Assembly: GCA_964360675.1 (NCBI GenBank)
Contig: CAYHXT010000001.1
Span: 10,491-74,490, forward strand
Reading direction: 5' to 3'
DNA length: 64,000 nucleotides
Source of the DNA: an uncultured Methanosarcinales archaeon
GTDB lineage: Archaea > Nanobdellota > Nanobdellia > Woesearchaeales > GW2011-AR9
The notes below the pieces were generated by a model, which saw nothing but the letters and a program-made list of their open reading frames with translations, had not been told where the DNA came from and did no database searches. Positions 45,098 to 55,172 of the stretch are shown piece after piece; positions within the stretch are counted from its first letter, which is position 1; each line of letters begins with the position of its first letter. Position numbers and translations under genes: made by a program.

Positions 45098-45825
45098 TTC
45101 CTCCCAACCGCCAATATGTTTATTCCTACTGGATATGAAATATATCGCAATAATCTCAATTCAGTCAAGTACATCTTCTTCAATATGGAATTCAACATAG
45201 GATTGATAGTCTCTTCCACTTCTGATTTGGGCGGAGCAGAACTAAGTTTCTCTAATTTTCTTTTGAGATAAACTGGTAAAAATAGTGCAAAGTTATAATA
45301 TTGCATCCGTTCAATTCTTAATCCTGCCTGCTGCATCTTCATTGTTAAGTCTTTTTTAGTATAACGTCTTATGCCATGAAATGCAAGATCGTGTTTTCCG
45401 TACAGCGAAGGCATGGCGCAATCCATGGACAATAATCTTCCTCCAGGTTTAAGTATCCTTTTGATCTCTTTCATAGCCATAAGGTCGTCTTTCACACCTT
45501 CATGATAAAAAACTCCTAAACAGGTTATGATATCAAAAGAATCATCTGGGAAGGGCATCTTAGCGACATCTCCTTTAGTGATGGAAAATCCTCTTTTCTT
45601 GCAGAAATCTATTGCGTCGTCAGATAAATCCATACCTTCTGCTTTTCCGAATTCCTGCAGAATCTGTAAAGTAATGCCAGTACCGCATCCAATGTCTAAC
45701 AAATGCAGGTCTTTCTGTCCAGGATAATGTTTCTGTAAAAATTCCCGCACTAAGAACTGCTGACCTACAAACCACCAATAGTTCTCTTCGACTTTAAAAG
45801 AAGTTTCGTATTCTTTAGTATCCAT
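45094..45825 (-). CDS. class I SAM-dependent methyltransferase
   Basis: LLDIGCGTGITLQ motif. 243 aa. Confidence 0.7.
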   Translation of the reverse strand: MDTKEYETSFKVEENYWWFVGQQFLVREFLQKHYPGQKDLHLLDIGCGTGITLQILQEFGKAEGMDLSDDAIDFCKKRGFSITKGDVAKMPFPDDSFDIITCLGVFYHEGVKDDLMAMKEIKRILKPGGRLLSMDCAMPSLYGKHDLAFHGIRRYTKKDLTMKMQQAGLRIERMQYYNFALFLPVYLKRKLEKLSSAPPKSEVEETINPMLNSILKKMYLTELRLLRYISYPVGINILAVGRK

Positions 45826-45837
45826 GGAGAATGAGCA

Positions 45838-46950
45838 TTAGAATCGCTTTAATAATCTTTTCAATCCGGATTTTTTCCTGCCGGAATTTTCTTTCTGGGC
45901 ATCTCTTACTACATTTCTGGAAATCACGTCCATCTCGTGAGGAAAATTCGGGGCATCCCACGGAACAATCTTACCTTCTTTATACAACTGCCAGCGGCGT
46001 AAATCTTCTTCAACCATGATTTTAACCAACTGCTTGAATGTTACCGACGGCTTCCAGCCAAAGGCTTTCTGCGCTTTAGAAGGATTACCGCAGAGTTGAT
46101 GTACGTCTAAAGGCCTTTTCAGCTTTTTATCGGTAATCACATATTTTCTCCAATCTAATCCTGCTGCGGCAAAAGCTTCTTCCACAAATTCGCGCACGGA
46201 ATGAGTTTCTCCCGTAGCAATAACAAAATCATCGGGTTTTTGCTGCTGCATCATCATCCACATGACCTTTACATATTCTGGTGCGAAGCCCCAATCGCGT
46301 TTAGCATCAAGATTTCCTAATCTAAGTTCTTTCTGCATGCCCAACTTTATTTTGGCTACCGAGTTGGTGATTTTTCTGGTGACAAATTCCAATCCGCGCA
46401 AAGGACTTTCGTGATTGAATAAAATGCCGTTGCAGGCAAAAATACCATACGATCGACGATAAATGCGGACCATATGATAGGAATGGAGTTTTGCAGCCGC
46501 ATACGGAGAATTGGGAATCATCTTGGTATCCTCATCTTGCGGGCTGACGGTATTTGCGCCATACAATTCGCTGGTCGAAGCCTGATAGAATTTAATGTTT
46601 CGGTTGAAATGCCTGATTATCTCCAGGAAACGGGTGGTGCCGCTGGCATCTACTTCCGTAGTCAGCAGGGGAAAGTCAAAAGAGTTTCCTACAAAGCTCT
46701 GCGCAGCTAAATTATAGATTTCATGGGGATCAGAGATGGCAACTGCTTCAAGCAAAGAAGATGTGTCAGATAGGTCTGCAGGGATTAGAGTAACTTTATC
46801 CAGAATCTCGAGATGCTGCAGGCGCCAGAAATTAGGGGTGGATACTCTTCTGTAAGTGCCGAATACCTTATAGCCCTTGCTGAGAAGGAGTTTTGCCAAG
46901 TATGGGCCGTCCTGCCCGGTGATTCCGGTTATAAGCGCTCTTTTCATCAT
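45838..46950 (-). CDS. gmd: GDP-mannose 4,6-dehydratase
   Basis: ALITGITGQDGPYLAKLLLSKGYKVFGTYRR and YAAAKLHSY motifs. Start placed at the internal MMKRALITG. Confidence 0.8.
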   Translation of the reverse strand: MMKRALITGITGQDGPYLAKLLLSKGYKVFGTYRRVSTPNFWRLQHLEILDKVTLIPADLSDTSSLLEAVAISDPHEIYNLAAQSFVGNSFDFPLLTTEVDASGTTRFLEIIRHFNRNIKFYQASTSELYGANTVSPQDEDTKMIPNSPYAAAKLHSYHMVRIYRRSYGIFACNGILFNHESPLRGLEFVTRKITNSVAKIKLGMQKELRLGNLDAKRDWGFAPEYVKVMWMMMQQQKPDDFVIATGETHSVREFVEEAFAAAGLDWRKYVITDKKLKRPLDVHQLCGNPSKAQKAFGWKPSVTFKQLVKIMVEEDLRRWQLYKEGKIVPWDAPNFPHEMDVISRNVVRDAQKENSGRKKSGLKRLLKRF

Positions 46951-47005
46951 ATTGGCTGCATTGCGCAAGTTTAAAAATATTTCTAAAGATGGTTCTATCT
47001 ATCCC

Positions 47006-48169
47006 TTAGCAGGAGTTATTAAGCTCCCTCCCTTTTTCTAATAGTTTTTCGTATTCTTTTACAAATTGTCGCGTTATCTTATCCACTGAAAATTCTTGCA
47101 CCGTTTCGAAACCATTTTCATTTAATTTCTTCATCTTTGTTTTGTTTTCTAACGCAATAATAATATTTTCTGCAATTGCTAATGGGCTAGCTGGTTCTAC
47201 CATAAGGCAATCTAGATTATCTCTTAGGATTTCTCGCAATTCTTCGAGATTAGAGGTAATCACTGGTGTTTTGCAAGCTAGGCATTCAAGCACACAAGAT
47301 GGATTGCTTTCAGTTCTAGTCAAAGTACGATAAGGAAAGACAGCCACATCGGCAAGATTTATATATTCAACAATATCCGCTTTATCAGTAATAATTTTCA
47401 CATGATTCTGAAGGTTATTATTGATGACAAAATCATAATATTTTATATCTATATTGCTAAATCGGCAGATATAGATAAATAAAACCTCGGGCTTCTCTCG
47501 AACTACTTTTGGCATAGATTGAAAAAGGTCATAAGTTCCTTTATCATCACGCATGGCTCCGTAGAAGAGGATTATTTTTTTAGTTGCAATTAAATGCTTC
47601 TCTTTTAGTTTATTCTTCGGCGAGGGCACAAATTTAGTAGTATTAATATGGGAACGAATTACCTTGATTTTTTCTTCTTTAATTCCTTTATTAACTAATT
47701 CTGATTTAAAATTTTCGGTGGCAACCGTTATTAGTTCAACATATTTGAGGAGAAAATACATGCTATTCCCTATTTTTTCTCGCGAGCGCGATTTAATGGT
47801 ATGTATAATTTTTGCGGCAGGAAATATTCTTTTAGCTATTATCCCATTAAGAGCCAATGGTATTGCAGAACTAAAATTATGGATTATTTCCGGTTCAAAT
47901 AATGATAGTTTCTTTATTTTGTTCAATGTAAAATAAACACTTAAGAGGGGGCTTGTTTTTTTAATAAGGGGATATTTGCAGATTAGGGAACTTCTATAAA
48001 TAGAGATGCCTTGAAAATGTTCAAAATCGGGAAATCCTGCTCTGCCCCGGGAGACAATAATTACTTCATTCCCTATCTTCTGCAGTTGATGAGCAAAATC
48101 AGTGATGGTTATGTTGGTCGCTTCTTTCAAGTTACCTGTAAATGAAGTGGAAATCAAAATGATATTCAT
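47006..48169 (-). CDS. GT-B fold glycosyltransferase (GT4-like)
   Basis: 387 aa. C-terminal E...G.P motif region (TESNPSCVLECLACKTPVITS). Confidence 0.55.
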   Translation of the reverse strand: MNIILISTSFTGNLKEATNITITDFAHQLQKIGNEVIIVSRGRAGFPDFEHFQGISIYRSSLICKYPLIKKTSPLLSVYFTLNKIKKLSLFEPEIIHNFSSAIPLALNGIIAKRIFPAAKIIHTIKSRSREKIGNSMYFLLKYVELITVATENFKSELVNKGIKEEKIKVIRSHINTTKFVPSPKNKLKEKHLIATKKIILFYGAMRDDKGTYDLFQSMPKVVREKPEVLFIYICRFSNIDIKYYDFVINNNLQNHVKIITDKADIVEYINLADVAVFPYRTLTRTESNPSCVLECLACKTPVITSNLEELREILRDNLDCLMVEPASPLAIAENIIIALENKTKMKKLNENGFETVQEFSVDKITRQFVKEYEKLLEKGRELNNSC

Positions 48170-48170
48170 A

Positions 48171-49475
48171 TCAATACCACTCCAGTAGCAGTTTATTCAA
48201 AACAAACTCGTTGATTTCCTGATTATCCTTGCTGCTGTCAGCAGTTTTAAGCTCTAAATCGTAAGTGAGCCTATTAAATATGGATAGTTGGCGTTCAAGC
48301 TCTTCTATGGTTTCTTTTGGGCGGCGTTGATGAAGAACCTCTGCAGAATTATAGAGTAAAATGCTCAAGGTAGGTTTTGGAAAAAGCCACATCAATATTT
48401 TTTTATATCCCAAATGAACATTTTTCATAAGTATTATGTCGGAACAGTATCTGTCAGTGATTACTATTTGTCTGCTCATCCTTCTTGGAAAGATCTTAAG
48501 ATAATATCTTAATAATAAATCTAGAGTGAAGATGTGCGAGCTGAGTGTGTAAAGGAACTTTTTTGCTAAACTAATCTCAACGCTTGGTATCCCCCTTTTG
48601 GCCAATTCAGTTTCCTTCTGGTTATTTTCTAATGATTTGTATTTCTTTCCAAGAAAGGTTATGGGGAGTATATGGCTGCGGCCCCTGCCGGTATAAATAA
48701 TATCAGTTTTTCTTCTAGTTCCCTCAAGAAATGTTCTTAGCTGGCTCACCGCCGTCGATTTTCCGGCCCCATCAGGCCCTACTATACTGATCAATGGCCA
48801 AGGCTTAAGAAACTTTTTCCATTTCACCCAACGAAAGAAAAGCTTGCTGATTATAACTGGATGTCTAGGATTCTTTAAAATAAAATAGGTGACTATTTTG
48901 GGAATGTTTATTTTGCTGAAGGATTGGCTATCTATGTTTTTTAAGATATGCCCTGTTATCTTTTTATTAAATATCTCTGAGAGTTTATTTAGGCAGTATT
49001 CCCGGTCTATTCTTTTTTCTTTCAGCAGGCCCGTTAATATTTTTTGATATTTCTCCTTAAAATACCTCTTACCTAATATTGAATGGGCTGTAAGCATAAC
49101 AAAAGTATCATTATCGTTAGGGGTAAAGAAAAAGGACTGATTTATTCTATTCTTAAGTATTGACTCTTTATAATAGGACATGTCATTCCAATATACCCCA
49201 CCCACCTGGACGTCAAAACTGCAATATTTTTGATCTTCTATCTTGAAAAAAGCTTTATGCTTAAGGGAAAACTGCGGTTTTCTTTTATTGAATCCGTGGT
49301 TTTTAAGTATAGCTTCGGCTCTTGAAAAATCCTCTTCAGCGATAGTTGTATCTAAGCTCTCCGGAGGAAACGGCTTTCCTAACAGAAATTCGTAATTCCT
49401 GAGTATACAATAATTGATATTATGCCGGTTGAAATCAAGCAGTACTAGTTTAAGATTTTCTATTTGGGAATTCAT
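48171..49475 (-). CDS. two-domain protein: uncharacterised N-domain + thymidylate-kinase-like P-loop domain (paralog of 62521-63870)
   Basis: ISIVGPDGAGKST Walker A and a downstream VITDRY (Tmk-like DRY). The N-terminal 200 aa aligns with the paralog (LDFNRHNINYCILR vs ELFNRNSLSYILFK). Confidence 0.4.
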   Translation of the reverse strand: MNSQIENLKLVLLDFNRHNINYCILRNYEFLLGKPFPPESLDTTIAEEDFSRAEAILKNHGFNKRKPQFSLKHKAFFKIEDQKYCSFDVQVGGVYWNDMSYYKESILKNRINQSFFFTPNDNDTFVMLTAHSILGKRYFKEKYQKILTGLLKEKRIDREYCLNKLSEIFNKKITGHILKNIDSQSFSKINIPKIVTYFILKNPRHPVIISKLFFRWVKWKKFLKPWPLISIVGPDGAGKSTAVSQLRTFLEGTRRKTDIIYTGRGRSHILPITFLGKKYKSLENNQKETELAKRGIPSVEISLAKKFLYTLSSHIFTLDLLLRYYLKIFPRRMSRQIVITDRYCSDIILMKNVHLGYKKILMWLFPKPTLSILLYNSAEVLHQRRPKETIEELERQLSIFNRLTYDLELKTADSSKDNQEINEFVLNKLLLEWY

Positions 49476-50977
49476 TCTTCATCTTTCCGTTTATTTTTTT
49501 TATTTTTGATTATTCGGTAATGATATTTAAGCTCTTTTATATTAATTATCTGCAATAGGCATAAACATAAAAAATATACTCCCCCTGAAATAGCTATTCC
49601 AATAATTATAAACGCTGTATTGGTGATTAACAGATTTATCATCTCCAGTAAAGCAAATAACATCAAAGCAGGTATTGTAAGGCGCAGCCATGTTTTCCAA
49701 GGGACGGCCATGCCGGTATTGGCGTTTATCTTATAAGTGGAAAGTAAAAAAATTAAAAAATAGCTTATGGTAGTAGCTATGGCCGCCCCGATCATGCCTA
49801 ATGAAGGGATCAATAAGATATTTATTACGACGTTGGCCGCAGCAGAAAGGAAGATTATTCCGGTCACAATTTTAGGTTTTCCAATACCCGAGAGAACCTT
49901 GGTGTTAATCACGCCTAAAGTACAAAAGAAAACCCCCACCATCAATATTTGGAAGGGGACAATGCCTGAACTGAATTCTTCTCGAAATAGAGTGGTTAAA
50001 ATCGGTTTAGCAAAAACAAAAGGGATAATCACCAACGGGACAATGGCCGTAAACATATATCTGTGGATCAGCTCCATTCCCTGAGCAAGTTTTTCTTTCT
50101 GGTTTCGCGACCATAGTTCTGAAGCCAAGGGAAACATGGGAGTAGCGACCGCAGTTCCTAAGTAAAGTATTGTCAAAGCAGTAGGGAGAATTGCATTATA
50201 AACTCCAACCTCAAACGGGGTCCTAAAATAAGTTAAAATCAGTGTATCTATATAACCGATTATTTTACTGCCTAAAGCGGTTGCGAATAATGGTATTCCA
50301 AAAGAAGCGACCTTAAATGAAGTCTCTTTAAATTTAGCAGTTTTGATGCGTAAGAAAGGAAAACGGCGAAGAGTAGCGGGAAGATAAATAAAAAACAAAA
50401 TAGGGCAGACCAACAGATAAGCAAGAGCCGGACCGAAAATTCCGGCCCCCCCATTAACAAATATTATGATTAGCAACAGCAGCAACACATTTTTAACCAA
50501 GTCTACAGAAGAAAATAAGGCCATTTCCTGAAGACCGAGAAGGATTTCTTTAAGTATTATAAAAAATATGCTAAAGAAGATGTACAGTATAAGGATGTAT
50601 AAGAGGATAATGGAAGAAGATTCTTTGAAGTATTTTTGGGCAAGGAAGCTGGAAGAAAAAAATAAAATAATCCCTAAAACCAATGAACCGATTATTTTTA
50701 AGGAAACTACGGAGATTATGGCGCTTTTTATTTGGCCGAATTTCTCGTGAACTTTATATTCAGCGATATGTTTAATCAATGATTCGCCTAAACCTAAATC
50801 GCGAATAAACAAGCAAATTATCACTAAATTCAGTACGGAATAAAGAATGCCAAATTCTTCGGTGGTGAAATAATTAGCTAAATATACTCTAATTGCATAT
50901 GCAATCAGGGCTGCTAAGAAACTGAACATTAGGGTTGTTCCGATTCCGTTAACAGCTTTCTTAATGTAAGAACTCAC
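49472..50977 (-). CDS. MOP-superfamily polysaccharide flippase (Wzx-like)
   Basis: 501 aa with about 14 TM helices. Confidence 0.6.
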   Translation of the reverse strand: MSSYIKKAVNGIGTTLMFSFLAALIAYAIRVYLANYFTTEEFGILYSVLNLVIICLFIRDLGLGESLIKHIAEYKVHEKFGQIKSAIISVVSLKIIGSLVLGIILFFSSSFLAQKYFKESSSIILLYILILYIFFSIFFIILKEILLGLQEMALFSSVDLVKNVLLLLLIIIFVNGGAGIFGPALAYLLVCPILFFIYLPATLRRFPFLRIKTAKFKETSFKVASFGIPLFATALGSKIIGYIDTLILTYFRTPFEVGVYNAILPTALTILYLGTAVATPMFPLASELWSRNQKEKLAQGMELIHRYMFTAIVPLVIIPFVFAKPILTTLFREEFSSGIVPFQILMVGVFFCTLGVINTKVLSGIGKPKIVTGIIFLSAAANVVINILLIPSLGMIGAAIATTISYFLIFLLSTYKINANTGMAVPWKTWLRLTIPALMLFALLEMINLLITNTAFIIIGIAISGGVYFLCLCLLQIINIKELKYHYRIIKNKKNKRKDEE

Positions 50978-51204
50978 ATTTTCACGATTTAGATAGGATA
51001 TTTAAATGTGATGAAGCAAGAGGCGGATTCTATTTTTTAATCAATCCAAATAGTCAAAATACCGTGAATTGGCATATTGATAAATTAATCAGAACTGTTT
51101 ATAATAACATTTATATAATGGTATTCTTGGATTTAAATGGAAATGACATTATTAATATCCTCTTTTGAGAGAAATTATTTCTTAAATACTCCCGGTGTTA
51201 AGAA

Positions 51205-52290
51205 ATGAAATTGATGACTATAGGTCCGACGGAAATCGAAAAAGAGATCCTGGAGTTGGGAAAAAACCCGATGGTGTACAATAGAACTTCTGAATTTTGC
51301 AGTGTAATCAAAGAAATTGATGGAAATTTAAAATATGTTTTCAATACAAAAAATCAGGTATTTATATTAACTTGTTCTGGAACTGGAGCTATGGAAGCTG
51401 CAATTGTTAATACGCTTTCCAGAAATGATGAAGTAGTAATCGCCAATAATGGTGTATTTGGGCAAAGGTGGGTAGAAATCTGTAATAATTATGGCTTAAA
51501 TGTTAAAGAGATCAAAGGGACATTTGGTCAAACCATAGATCCGGAAAAAATAAGATTAGTTATAACTGAGGATACAAAAGCAGTGATTATAACTGCCAAT
51601 GAAACTTCATCTGGCACAGTTTCAGATGTACAAAGAATAGGTGAAGTAGTTAAAAAAACAAATTCCCTACTTATTGTCGATGCAATTTCAGATTTGTGTT
51701 GCGATGAATTTAAGACCGACGAATGGCATTGTGATGTAGTTGTAGTCAGCAGCAATAAAGGATTAGCAATACCACCGGGGTTAGCGTTCATTACCTTCAG
51801 TGAAAAAGCATGGAAAAGTGTAAATAATTCAAACTTACCAAAATATTATTTTGATATCAAAACCTATCAAAAAAATCAAATAAGGGGGCATACCCCATTT
51901 ACTCCACCTATAGGGACATTGTTTCAACTCCAAAGACGGCTCCAAATATACAAAGAAGAGGGTCTTGAAAAGATACTTGATAAAAATAAAAGACTCTCTA
52001 AGCTACTAAGAGAAGGCGTTAAGAAACTAAACCTAAAGCTAGCTTCTGACAGCCCATCTAATGGTGTTACGGCAATCTCCTGTCCTGAAGGAATAGATGC
52101 TAAAGAAATAGTGGCGGCTTTAAGAGAAAAATATAAAATTGAGGTGGCCCCTAGTTCGCTACCGTACGATCATTCCATATTTAAAGTTGGTGTGTTAGGA
52201 GATATCCAGGAACAAGATGTAATAGATCTGTTAAGCGCTTTAGGCGAAATATTAAACCAATTACAAGCTAATATAAACATAATTAAATGA
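51205..52290 (+). CDS. class V PLP-dependent aminotransferase (AGXT/PhnW-like)
   Basis: 361 aa. MKLMTIGPTEI N-terminus and SSNKGLAIPPGLAF (PLP-lysine region) typical of class V. Confidence 0.55.
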   Translation: MKLMTIGPTEIEKEILELGKNPMVYNRTSEFCSVIKEIDGNLKYVFNTKNQVFILTCSGTGAMEAAIVNTLSRNDEVVIANNGVFGQRWVEICNNYGLNVKEIKGTFGQTIDPEKIRLVITEDTKAVIITANETSSGTVSDVQRIGEVVKKTNSLLIVDAISDLCCDEFKTDEWHCDVVVVSSNKGLAIPPGLAFITFSEKAWKSVNNSNLPKYYFDIKTYQKNQIRGHTPFTPPIGTLFQLQRRLQIYKEEGLEKILDKNKRLSKLLREGVKKLNLKLASDSPSNGVTAISCPEGIDAKEIVAALREKYKIEVAPSSLPYDHSIFKVGVLGDIQEQDVIDLLSALGEILNQLQANINIIK

Positions 52291-52336
52291 CTAGTTGAAG
52301 TGGTTTTATAATTTATGTTGATAAAAAGAGATTACT

Positions 52337-53161
52337 ATGGGGAAATGTATGAATAAACCAATCAAATTAATATTAACTAAAAAATTATTGGAATTATGCA
52401 ATTGTAAACCCAGTTATAGTATTTATGCTCTTCTTCCAGAGATAAATGGGGGTGATTATTTTTATGAAGTTGATTCTCACTCTTTATTATCGCTCCCAAG
52501 AAATATAGAATTGGTAAAAAGCATATTTTCTCTGCAGACAAATGGAAGTAAATATGGTTCTAATCAACATCAATATACGGCAGAATTTAAAGAAGGTCTC
52601 CTGAACCAGCTTTCACAACATAAAGTGTGGCTGGGAGAAAAAGAATTAGAAATCAAAGGAGACGATAAAGTCAGTATAACTTTAAGCTTATTATTCAGTT
52701 CTTACCTGGATTGTTTCGTAAAACCAGTTCAGTTTTATATCCCGATGTCTTCCAGTTGCGCAGGACAATGGGATCTATGGGACAAACAGGATTATTTTTT
52801 ATTTTTGAAAAATATAATGGACAAAGATAAACCTCATAAATTAATAGATAAATTATCTAAAAATATGATCTGGAAAACTAAGTTTAAACCTGAAGATTTC
52901 AATTTGGCAGTAAGAAAAGCACTCCTAAAAAGAGAGATGTTTGATAAAGACCTTGAACCCGAGGCGATGATCAAAGCGATAATCATCAGGACGGGAGAGT
53001 TAAGCAATCCGAGAGTAGGTTATGAGACTATCGATTATGTAATGAGGACATTGTTTGTTAATTTAAAAGTGGATAAATATTTAAGAGTGGATAGAGAGAT
53101 AGAATTTTTGAAGAGACTTGAAAAAACAATAAAAGAAGAAATATTAAATTGTTTACAATAA
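52337..53161 (+). CDS. hypothetical protein
   Basis: 274 aa ORF in an operon. No recognisable motif. Confidence 0.35.
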   Translation: MGKCMNKPIKLILTKKLLELCNCKPSYSIYALLPEINGGDYFYEVDSHSLLSLPRNIELVKSIFSLQTNGSKYGSNQHQYTAEFKEGLLNQLSQHKVWLGEKELEIKGDDKVSITLSLLFSSYLDCFVKPVQFYIPMSSSCAGQWDLWDKQDYFLFLKNIMDKDKPHKLIDKLSKNMIWKTKFKPEDFNLAVRKALLKREMFDKDLEPEAMIKAIIIRTGELSNPRVGYETIDYVMRTLFVNLKVDKYLRVDREIEFLKRLEKTIKEEILNCLQ

Positions 53162-53227
53162 TCTTCGGATAATCATAATTTTTACAATCATCATATATAA
53201 GCTTTTTGGCGAAACCTTTTAAAATGG

Positions 53228-54676
53228 GTGGAGTCTGTTCGGATTATGGAAAACACACCAAATATAAAACGGAGAATCGATAGGCCGCTTGTAAAGATTT
53301 CAACAGGAACTTACCCTAATAAATGGTATGGTTCATATGCAGCAAAAGTCGCTGAAGAATTAGGAGTTAAACCTATATCAATGGGTTATGGGGATCCGGC
53401 AGTGAATGCTGTTATCCCAGAAAACTTATTAGCTATATTTCAAAAACATCTTACTTTTCCAAATGCAGGAGCTTATTCCAACGACTTGGGTGAACCTTGT
53501 CTACGTAAGGCTTATGAAGATTTTATAATGAGGGATGAAGCTCTTGAATCAAAAATAAATTTAGTTGTAGGCACGGCCGGTGGTAGAAGTATCATCACTT
53601 CAACATTTAAAGCATCGACTAAACCTGGGGATGTCGTTTTAGTGCCTGATCCGGCCTGGAGCGGTTATGAAGCCTTAGCAAGAGATGCTAGAATAAATTT
53701 AGTAGATATATCTACTAATTCAGAAAATAATTTCGTTCCGACTAAACAAAGTATCGAAGCTGCCATTGAAAAAGCAGGAAGGATGTACCCGGACGGGGAA
53801 GTCAAATTAATGATTATCAATACGCCGCATAATCCTACCGGGACCGTCTATGATGAGAAGGATATCACTGACATTTTAGCAGCACTTAAAGAAAATCACA
53901 TCAAAGGATTAGTGGATTATACTTATAGATCAATCAAGGCCGAAGGTACAAGCATCCCGTCTGTCCATAAGATTGCTGAAAAATTGGCCGCAAAGGCTGG
54001 AGTTCCTTTAAGAGAATATACGGACAACTTAATTGCTATGCAAACTTTAGGTAAGGTCACTCTCACACCTGGCTTTAGGGTAGGTTATGTAATGTCAACC
54101 GATTTAGATTTTATTGGGAAATTCATGACGGAAAAACAAGCTAATGATTTAAGCGGTCACATATTCATTCAAACCGCATTTGCTGAATATCTTGGCAGTC
54201 AGGGGCAAAAAGATGATTTCGCAAAGACTGTAAAACAATTTGAAGAAAGGCGGGCTTATTTATTGGAACAATTAAGCTGTTTTAATTATAGCCCTGAGCA
54301 AGGAAACGTCGTAGCTAATCCAGTAGGCTTTTATCTGACTTTTGAAGTGCCGAAAAGATTCAAAGAAGAAAAGGTGCCTTTAAGAGATGTTTCTGAACTA
54401 TTTAGCAGGTATCCTTTCATCAGGCAGACTGTTTCTGAGGATGAATATACAAAATTGTTTGAAAGTAGAGGCTATATTCCCGCTTCAGAGTTATTCGCTT
54501 TAGAATTGGTCGATAAATCTGCAGTAGCTGTATGCCCGGGACACCTATTTACCAAAGAATCAAACAAAGAAAATGGTTACGAAAATTGGTGCAGGGTAGC
54601 ATTAATACAGCCGGTCCAGAAATTATGGGAGATGTTTTATCGTTTAAAAGACCATAATAACATTTTACAATACTGA
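53228..54676 (+). CDS. class I/II PLP-dependent aminotransferase
   Basis: IINTPHNPTGTVYDE (N-P-x-N-P-T-G signature). 482 aa. Confidence 0.65.
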   Translation: MESVRIMENTPNIKRRIDRPLVKISTGTYPNKWYGSYAAKVAEELGVKPISMGYGDPAVNAVIPENLLAIFQKHLTFPNAGAYSNDLGEPCLRKAYEDFIMRDEALESKINLVVGTAGGRSIITSTFKASTKPGDVVLVPDPAWSGYEALARDARINLVDISTNSENNFVPTKQSIEAAIEKAGRMYPDGEVKLMIINTPHNPTGTVYDEKDITDILAALKENHIKGLVDYTYRSIKAEGTSIPSVHKIAEKLAAKAGVPLREYTDNLIAMQTLGKVTLTPGFRVGYVMSTDLDFIGKFMTEKQANDLSGHIFIQTAFAEYLGSQGQKDDFAKTVKQFEERRAYLLEQLSCFNYSPEQGNVVANPVGFYLTFEVPKRFKEEKVPLRDVSELFSRYPFIRQTVSEDEYTKLFESRGYIPASELFALELVDKSAVAVCPGHLFTKESNKENGYENWCRVALIQPVQKLWEMFYRLKDHNNILQY

Positions 54677-54689
54677 TAAATGTGGCCTG

Positions 54690-55133
54690 ATGATGCAACA
54701 AGGAACAAAACCAGTGAAAAAGAGGGTAGTTTTTACCGCAGGAACCTGGGATTTGTTCCATGTCGGACATTTAAATCTGATAAAAAAATCCAAGGAACTC
54801 GGTGATTTTTTAATTGTCGCTGTGAGTACAGATGAATTAGTGGCTTCATATAAAAAAGGCCTTCTAGTAATCCCTTTCGATGAAAGAGTGGCAATACTTG
54901 AGTCCTGCAAGTATGTAGATAAAGTCATCAAACAAAGTTCTTTGATCGAACTAAAGCAACTTAAAGAATATGATCCAGACATCATCACCATCGGAGATGA
55001 CTGGAAAGGAAAGCAGTTAAGCAGTCTAGAATGGTTTAAGAATCAACCTAATAAGAAGGTGGTATATCTTCCTTATACGTCGCATGTCAGTTCTACAAAA
55101 ATAAAAGAAACAATAAGGAAATCTAATTTTTAA
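54690..55133 (+). CDS. cytidylyltransferase, TagD-like (glycerol-3-phosphate cytidylyltransferase family)
   Basis: VVFTAGTWDLFHVGHLNLIKK (HxGH). 147 aa. Confidence 0.7.
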   Translation: MMQQGTKPVKKRVVFTAGTWDLFHVGHLNLIKKSKELGDFLIVAVSTDELVASYKKGLLVIPFDERVAILESCKYVDKVIKQSSLIELKQLKEYDPDIITIGDDWKGKQLSSLEWFKNQPNKKVVYLPYTSHVSSTKIKETIRKSNF

Positions 55134-55172
55134 TTTTCTTCTAAAAGAGTACAAAATCACAAAGTTTATTAA

